Source: Sinorhizobium meliloti
Lineage (GTDB): Bacteria > Pseudomonadota > Alphaproteobacteria > Rhizobiales > Rhizobiaceae
Length of the DNA stretch: 32,000 nt
Reading direction: 5' to 3'
Assembly (NCBI RefSeq): GCF_017876815.1
Contig: NZ_JAGIOS010000003.1
Coordinates: forward strand, 750,001-782,000
This document shows, piece by piece, positions 27,120-32,000 of this stretch. Position 1 is the stretch's first letter, and each line of letters begins with the position of its first letter. Position numbers and translations under genes: made by a program. Under the pieces are notes generated by a model, which was not told the DNA's origin, ran no database searches, and saw only the letters and a list, made by a program, of their open reading frames with translations.

Positions 27120-27791
27120 CTATTGAGTGTAGGGATCTGGAAAATGCTCCACGATGCCCCTGACCCCGTGGACACTCTCAGCCACGATCCGCGCGGCCCT
27201 GCGACAAGCGGCCGTCTCGACTTGGCCCCAAAAGTGCACGATCCCCTCGGTGACCGTGACAGTCACGTCCAGTTCTTCCAGACCCGTGTTTTCGCCGAGG
27301 CGAACAAGGATGCTGCGTCGAATGGCTTCGTCGCCCGCTGCTGTTTCGTCTGGCTTCGTTGAAAAAATTGCCTGCAGCAGGTCGGCGCGGCTGACGATGC
27401 CGACCAGTTCCCCATCGCGCATTACGGGGATGCGCTTGATACCGCGTTCCTGCATGAGCCCTGCAACGCGCGCAAGGGGCGCTTCCTCCTCAATGGTTAC
27501 GGGGTTGGCCGTCATGACGTCGCCGACGCGCCACGAGCATCGCCTGATGAAGGCGTTCGCCCTGTCATCGGGATCGATCGCCATGTCCGCCATCAACACG
27601 GATGCTCCACTGCAGAGTTCCGTCCGCCGGATCAGGTCGCCCTCACTGATGACGCCGAGCAAGCGCCCATCGTCGTCAACGACCGGGACGCCGCTTACGT
27701 GGTGGTCGAACATCAGCTTGGCTGCCTGTCTAACGCTGTTGTCAGGCGACAGTTTGACAACCTTTGTCGTCATCACATCCTTGACAAGCAT
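27120..27791 (-). CDS. CBS-pair plus BON domain protein
   Basis: 223 aa. Two CBS motifs (VKDVMTTKVV...VSGVPVVDDDGRLLGVISEGDL and VGDVMTANPV...IKRIPVMRDGELVGIVSRADL). C-terminal BON-like LDVTVTVTEGIVHFWGQVET...VHGVRGIVEHF. Confidence 0.85.
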   Translation of the reverse strand: MLVKDVMTTKVVKLSPDNSVRQAAKLMFDHHVSGVPVVDDDGRLLGVISEGDLIRRTELCSGASVLMADMAIDPDDRANAFIRRCSWRVGDVMTANPVTIEEEAPLARVAGLMQERGIKRIPVMRDGELVGIVSRADLLQAIFSTKPDETAAGDEAIRRSILVRLGENTGLEELDVTVTVTEGIVHFWGQVETAACRRAARIVAESVHGVRGIVEHFPDPYTQ

Positions 27792-28061
27792 ATCGATCGA
27801 ACTCCGGTACAGACGTCTCCGCCACTACGGCACCGCGCCTATAAGACGCGCGAAAGATGCTGTAGCGCCTTGGACCGCTGCGAAGCTGAGTTGAGCCGTA
27901 CTCAAGCAAGCTCCGCGACGATCTCAAGCGTGGCCCATGGAGATCCGCCTGATTGTGAACCCCTCCGTCCTGTGCTGCCATTCCGAAAAGCGAATTGCAG
28001 CGGAAAGATGCTGAACGCCGACTTCCTCGTGTGACGATAAGGCAAAAGGGACCGGTCGGCA

Positions 28062-28075
28062 TTGACCGGAGTCAA
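28062..28075. promoter_or_regulatory. FNR/FixK-type box TTGA-N6-TCAA
   Basis: TTGACCGGAGTCAA (arms ATTGA/TCAAT) lies in about 570 bp with no convincing ORF. A minus-strand -10-like CTTATC (28036-28041) lies about 30 nt from the box centre, so the orientation fits the CBS-adh-xfp gene string. Confidence 0.5.
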
Positions 28076-28115
28076 TATATCGACACTTGCTCCGGCGAAT
28101 CGAGAAGCTCGTCCG

Positions 28116-28140
28116 GCGCTGATTTCGTCGATATCAGCGC
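28116..28140. repeat. 8-bp inverted repeat GCGCTGAT-N9-ATCAGCGC
   Basis: Read directly, about 45 nt from the FNR/FixK box. Function unknown. Confidence 0.5.
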
Positions 28141-28358
28141 GTTGCCAGATGCTCCCCGACAAACTCGCCCAGCGTCTGACACAGCAGAGTGCTGCCATGC
28201 GGATCGGGTATGTCCATCAAGCCTCGCCTAGTTCAGTCCGCCCGGAAGCGCACCCGGTCCGCTTGGATTTGACGGAGATCAATGCTCAAAAGGCAGTGTT
28301 GGTGTATGTGCGATCAGAGACTGGGACCGCCCTCCGTTCAAGCCGAGGAGTAGACCGA

Positions 28359-28752
28359 ATGCCTCAGCCGACTATCTCATCATTCGCAGACGCCTCGCCT
28401 ATGCGCTCGATGCCTGGCAGCGTTCTATCCTGCTTCTCGACGTGATGCGCCAGCGCGGTGAACAGTACCGAGAATACAGCGCGCAGACCGCTCCGCACGT
28501 GCTGAACTAGGACGCGGAACTGTCCTCGACGGTCGCACGCTCGATAGACCGGTCAACTGTGCTCGCCCAGATAATCCCGCCCGGGGGCGGCGTTGTCGAC
28601 ACGCTGAAGCGATCCTTCGTCCCCATCGAGCGGCGAGCCGACCACGCAAGCCTTGCGTGATCGGCAACTGCCAGGCCGGCGGAGCGCTGATGAGCCTCGC
28701 ATCGCTGCGCCCGGAACTGTTCAGTCCGTTCGTCGTCCCACCAAACGAATGA
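28359..28752 (+). pseudogene. decayed remnant of a DUF3141-like (so-called 3-hydroxyalkanoate synthetase-like, alpha/beta-fold) gene
   Basis: ATG 28359 lies behind GAGGAG. Family-like segments sit in shifting frames: AYALDAWQRSILLLDVMRQRGEQY...APHVLN, then TAG (28508-28510), DAEL, out-of-frame VLDGRTLDRPVNCAR, IIPPGGGVVDTLKRSFV, then a large deletion joining to KPCVIGNCQAGGALMSLASLRPELF. The family name is recalled from memory. Confidence 0.5.
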
Positions 28753-28947
28753 GTTCGAGGGGTCTCCGGCAGAACGCTCAGCAGCGTGGCACGGCCTACG
28801 CAGTGGACCTGGCCTGGTCCCGCCGCTGAGAGCTCTTCCAGTTAAGACGACGCTTTACCTCATCGATCATCGGGAGAAGCACGGCCGGAAGGTGTCGGTG
28901 AACCGCAGAGCAAGGTGCAGATTATCGGTGATCGCATCGAATAATTC

Positions 28948-30237
28948 TTGGCGTTAGAATACCTGAAAGGGTGGAGTGTGACGCAGTCTGCAGATAATAA
29001 AAGACCTGACTCCGGCGTGTCGGACGACTCGATCAACATGCTGCTGCGGTTTGCCGTTATGATGCTTCGTTCCGGGGGCACCGCGATCCGTACCCGCGAA
29101 CTGGTGGGGGCGATGGCGCACCGCCTCAACCTGGAAACGCCATCGGTGAGTCTCACGCTCGAGTCCGTCACCCTCAGTGTTTACCACGGCAGCGAACAGT
29201 TCGTAGCGATGCGCGAGGTCGGTCCGCCCGGAATCGACTTCAGGCGCATCGGTGAGTTGGAGCGGCTTGCGAACGCGTTAGAGCCAACGGCACCGCCACA
29301 CCGGATAGCGAAAGAACTTGCTGAAATCGAAGCGCGGGCGCCTCAATATACCGGCTGGCAGATGGCGATCGCGATCGGCCTGGCCAGCGGAGGCTTTGCG
29401 TTCCTCAACGGAGCGGCCCTGCCGGAAATGGCCAGCGCCGCGATCGGTGGCGGCATAGGTCAAGGATTGCGCTGGTGGTTGACCCGCCGCCAATTGACAC
29501 ACTTCGGCACGGCGGCACTGGCTGCCATAACCGCTGCAGGAACTTACGTTCTGGTGGCAGCGCTGGCGCGCCGTGCAGGGTTTGCGTTCTCGCACTATGC
29601 TGCGGGCTTCATCTCCACCATACTATTTCTCATCCCCGGCGTTTCGCTGATTGCAGGACTGTTCGATCTGTTGCAGCATCAGACGGTGGCCGCCTTGAGC
29701 CGGCTGGCATATGGCGCGCTGATCCTGTTCATCGTCGCTTCGGGGCTGAGCATCGTGGTGACTGTTGCGGCCATCGAGCTGTTGCCACGCTCGGCGCCGG
29801 CCGAGCTTGCCTATCCGTTGCGCCTTTCGTTGCGCGCCGTCGCGAGCTTCGTTGCCGGCTGCGGCTTCGCCATGCTGTTCAACAGCACGCCACTTTCGTT
29901 GGTTGTCGCGGGCATCGTGGCGCTGGCGGCGAATAGCGTGCGCCTCGTCCTGATCGACATGGGAATGCCGTTGGCGCCGGCGGCGTTCATCGCCGCGTTG
30001 TTGATAGGAATCATCGCCATTCTTGTGAGCCGGCGGTTGGACGCAGAGCTCATGGCGATTGTTACCGCGCCGGTCGTCATCATGATTCCGGGTCTCTACG
30101 TATTCGAGATGCTTGTTCTGCTCAACCGGGGGCAGACGCTCGAGGCCATGCAGGCCTCGGGGGCAGGGATCTTCGTGATCAGCGCGCTCGCGATGGGGTT
30201 GAGCGTGGCGCGCCTCGCAGTCCCGTGGGAAAGTTAG
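28948..30237 (+). CDS. threonine/serine exporter (ThrE) family membrane protein (fused ThrE + ThrE_2 halves)
   Basis: Has LLRFAVMMLRSGGTAIRTRELV..., followed by about 10 hydrophobic segments. A likely true start is GTG 28978, behind GGTGGAG. Confidence 0.8.
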   Translation: MALEYLKGWSVTQSADNKRPDSGVSDDSINMLLRFAVMMLRSGGTAIRTRELVGAMAHRLNLETPSVSLTLESVTLSVYHGSEQFVAMREVGPPGIDFRRIGELERLANALEPTAPPHRIAKELAEIEARAPQYTGWQMAIAIGLASGGFAFLNGAALPEMASAAIGGGIGQGLRWWLTRRQLTHFGTAALAAITAAGTYVLVAALARRAGFAFSHYAAGFISTILFLIPGVSLIAGLFDLLQHQTVAALSRLAYGALILFIVASGLSIVVTVAAIELLPRSAPAELAYPLRLSLRAVASFVAGCGFAMLFNSTPLSLVVAGIVALAANSVRLVLIDMGMPLAPAAFIAALLIGIIAILVSRRLDAELMAIVTAPVVIMIPGLYVFEMLVLLNRGQTLEAMQASGAGIFVISALAMGLSVARLAVPWES

Positions 30238-30425
30238 TCGATGCGGGAAAGCTGTTCTATAGGGTGGTAGCCGCCGTCGATGAAGAACGTATCGCCGCGC
30301 GGCCTCGTATGCGAACAACGCAGTGCGCCTCCGCCATCATCGTTGCTCCCCCCATCAAAGCAGAATGTTTGAGGGCGCCCGTCTCACAAAGGCCTGTTTG
30401 AGGCTCATGTTGTGTCGAACGCCGG
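30234..30425 (-). pseudogene. decayed C-terminal remnant of a second FabI/SDR-like gene
   Basis: The minus strand encodes ...GDTFFIDGGYHPIEQLSRID* (compare fabI ...GQVLYVDGGYHIVD*). Upstream there are ALFAYEAAR in another frame and FD..NRPL..DDGGGA interrupted by stops. Confidence 0.4.
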
Positions 30426-30492
30426 CCTGCGCGCTACCGATCGAAACGAGGCGTGTGGCCGCCTGCCTGATATTGACAGCTCCTATCCCGCG

Positions 30493-31278
30493 CTAGTCGA
30501 CGATGTGGTAGCCGCCGTCGACGTAAAGCACCTGGCCGGTTATGAGTCGCGCCGCGTCGTGGGCGAGAAACGCGGTCGCCATGCCGACGTCATCAATGTC
30601 GACGAGCTCGTTGGCCGGTGCCTTCAGCTTCGTCTTTTCAAGCAGCGCGTCGAATTCCGGGATACCGGAAGCGGCTCGGGTGGCAAGCGCCCCCGGCGAT
30701 ATGGCGTGGACGCGAATGCCCTTGGAGCCAAGCTCGGCGGCCATGTAGCGCACGGCGCTTTCGAGCGCTGCCTTGGCGACCCCCATGATGTTGTAGTTCT
30801 CCACCACCACCTGTGACCCGTAATAGGTCATTGTGAAAAGCGTCCCACCGTTCTTCATCAGCGGCTCCGCGAGTTGCGCCATACGGATGAAGGACCAGCA
30901 GGAAATCTCCATCGTAGTCAGAAACCCCTCGCGCGGCGCATCGGTCACACGCCCGCCGAGGGTGTCCCTCGGGGAGAAGGCGATCGAGTGGACGAGGAAG
31001 TCGAGCTCTCCCCAGGTTTCGCCGATGCGCTCGAAGACCGCCTCGATCTGTCCAGGCACCGCCATGTCGAGCGGCAGGAAGATCGGGGCGTCGAGCTCGC
31101 GTGCCAGCGGCTCGACATGTGGCTTTGCCTTGTCGTTGAGATAGGTCACCGCGAGTTCCGCGCCCAAGGCACGAAACGCGCGGGCACAACCCCAGGCAAT
31201 AGAGCGATCGTTGGCAATGCCGACGATCAGGCCCTTACGACCTTCGAGAAGCTTGGCCTTGACGGTTGGAATGGACAT
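30493..31278 (-). CDS. fabI: enoyl-[acyl-carrier-protein] reductase (NADH), FabI
   Basis: ORF trimmed to ATG 31278 (MSIPTVKAKLLEGRKGLIVGIANDRSIAWG...) behind GGAGA. Has HSIAF, the Y..MGVAKAALE catalytic pattern, and VDGGYH. Confidence 0.9.
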   Translation of the reverse strand: MSIPTVKAKLLEGRKGLIVGIANDRSIAWGCARAFRALGAELAVTYLNDKAKPHVEPLARELDAPIFLPLDMAVPGQIEAVFERIGETWGELDFLVHSIAFSPRDTLGGRVTDAPREGFLTTMEISCWSFIRMAQLAEPLMKNGGTLFTMTYYGSQVVVENYNIMGVAKAALESAVRYMAAELGSKGIRVHAISPGALATRAASGIPEFDALLEKTKLKAPANELVDIDDVGMATAFLAHDAARLITGQVLYVDGGYHIVD

Positions 31279-31292
31279 GCGGCAGTCTCCAG

Positions 31293-32000
31293 TCAGGCGT
31301 TGGGAGCGCTGATGAGCGCCAAGGTATGGCGCGCGATCATCAGCTCTTCGTCGGTTTGAAGGACATGAACGGCAACCCGGCTCTCGGCCGTTGAGATCAA
31401 CGCAGCGCCAGCCTCGTTTGCCGCCGGATCGAGCTCTGCCCCGAGCCACGCGAGGCCTTCGACGATACGTGCGCGGATCGAGGGCGAGTTCTCGCCGACG
31501 CCCGCGGTAAAGACGAAGGCATCGATTCCTCCCAGTGCCGCCGCGAGCATGCCCGCATTGAGCACACACCGGTAAACGAAATGAGCAACGGCGAGCGCGG
31601 CATGTGGGTCGTCACTCGCCAGAAGATCGCGCATGTCGTTCGAGAGGCCCGACAACCCTTTGAGCCCGGCGTCATGATAGAGGAGATCCGAGACGGCTTG
31701 CGCCTTCATGCCCTTCTGGAGGATCAGGTAGAGGACGACGCCCGGATCGAGCTGGCCCGGCCGCGTCCCCATCGGCAACCCGTCGAGGGCGGTGAAGCCC
31801 ATTGTGCTCTCGATGCTGCGGCCGTCGCGCAACGCGCACATCGAAGCACCGCTGCCGAGATGAGCGACGACGACGCGCCCCTTGGCCGCTCTCGACGCCA
31901 CGTCTCGGAGCCGCTCGGCGATATATTCATACGAAAGTCCGTGAAAGCCGTAGCGCCGGACACCCTCATCATAGAAGCTTCGCGGCAGGGCATAGCAATC
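31293..32000 (-). CDS. ackA: acetate kinase, C-terminal two-thirds (5'-partial at window edge)
   Basis: The frame is open to nt 32000. Has [48 protein letters not shown] and TDEELMIA. The stop is 14 nt upstream of the fabI start. Confidence 0.9.
   Translation of the reverse strand, partial: DCYALPRSFYDEGVRRYGFHGLSYEYIAERLRDVASRAAKGRVVVAHLGSGASMCALRDGRSIESTMGFTALDGLPMGTRPGQLDPGVVLYLILQKGMKAQAVSDLLYHDAGLKGLSGLSNDMRDLLASDDPHAALAVAHFVYRCVLNAGMLAAALGGIDAFVFTAGVGENSPSIRARIVEGLAWLGAELDPAANEAGAALISTAESRVAVHVLQTDEELMIARHTLALISAPNA

Noticed and set aside
27891-27905. TTGAGCCGTACTCAA palindrome as a third FNR/FixK box.
   Set aside because: The half-sites are right, but the spacing is TTGA-N7-TCAA rather than N6, which CRP/FNR-family dimers generally do not tolerate. 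It is kept only as a palindrome within the long leader region.
28062-28445. 127-aa ORF (+) and 98-aa ORF 27902..28198 (-) in the 27.8-28.4 kb gap.
   Set aside because: Composition is non-protein-like. The plus-strand ORF merely runs from the FNR/FixK box into the shifted start of the DUF3141 remnant.
1-32000. Mobile elements, integrases, toxin-antitoxin or defence systems, CRISPR arrays, tRNA or rRNA genes.
   Set aside because: None of the translated ORFs shows transposase, recombinase, nuclease or defence signatures. I saw no spaced direct-repeat arrays or tRNA-like cloverleaf regions while reading the intergenic segments. Short repeats inside genes could have been missed by eye.

Overview
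High-GC, densely coding region with about 25 protein genes. Gene content looks like an alphaproteobacterial (Rhizobiales-like) accessory replicon; that taxonomic call is inference only. I saw no rRNA, tRNA, CRISPR array, IS element, transposase or integrase.

Layout:
- 1-4.3 kb: partial hypothetical gene, metC-like PLP lyase, AhpD/CMD-family protein, and two Tat-signal hydrolases (an MBL-fold enzyme and a non-heme haloperoxidase-type alpha/beta hydrolase).
- 4.4-7.7 kb: triple-PAS histidine kinase, FixJ/LuxR-type response regulator and a tandem receiver-only paralog.
- 7.6-12.7 kb: decayed AraC regulator divergent from an oxidoreductase operon (SnoaL-like, Gfo/Idh/MocA, MDR quinone oxidoreductase, SDR), then a frameshifted GH19 lysozyme/chitinase-like gene.
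- 12.9-14.8 kb: perfect FNR/FixK-type box upstream of a wHTH-TM-TPR regulator-like protein.
- 15.0-27.8 kb, all minus strand: CBS/BON protein, Zn-alcohol dehydrogenase, phosphoketolase, histidine phosphatase, a 1309-aa GH94-type glucan phosphorylase, a GH144-like beta-1,2-glucanase, and a 782-aa EutB-EutC fusion with a twin-arginine signal.
- 27.8-32 kb: second FNR/FixK box, decayed DUF3141-like pseudogene, ThrE-family exporter, FabI-like remnant, fabI and a partial acetate kinase gene.

Main points of interest:
1. The Tat-signal EutBC fusion, a possibly exported AdoCbl enzyme, next to beta-1,2-glucan catabolic genes.
2. A putative low-oxygen (FNR/FixK-box) fermentative module (phosphoketolase, acetate kinase, ADH, FabI, CBS) physically joined to glucan phosphorolysis.
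3. Heavy gene decay, including two compensated double frameshifts at homopolymer runs. These must be separated from sequencing artefact.

All family assignments come from motif recognition by eye. No searches were run.
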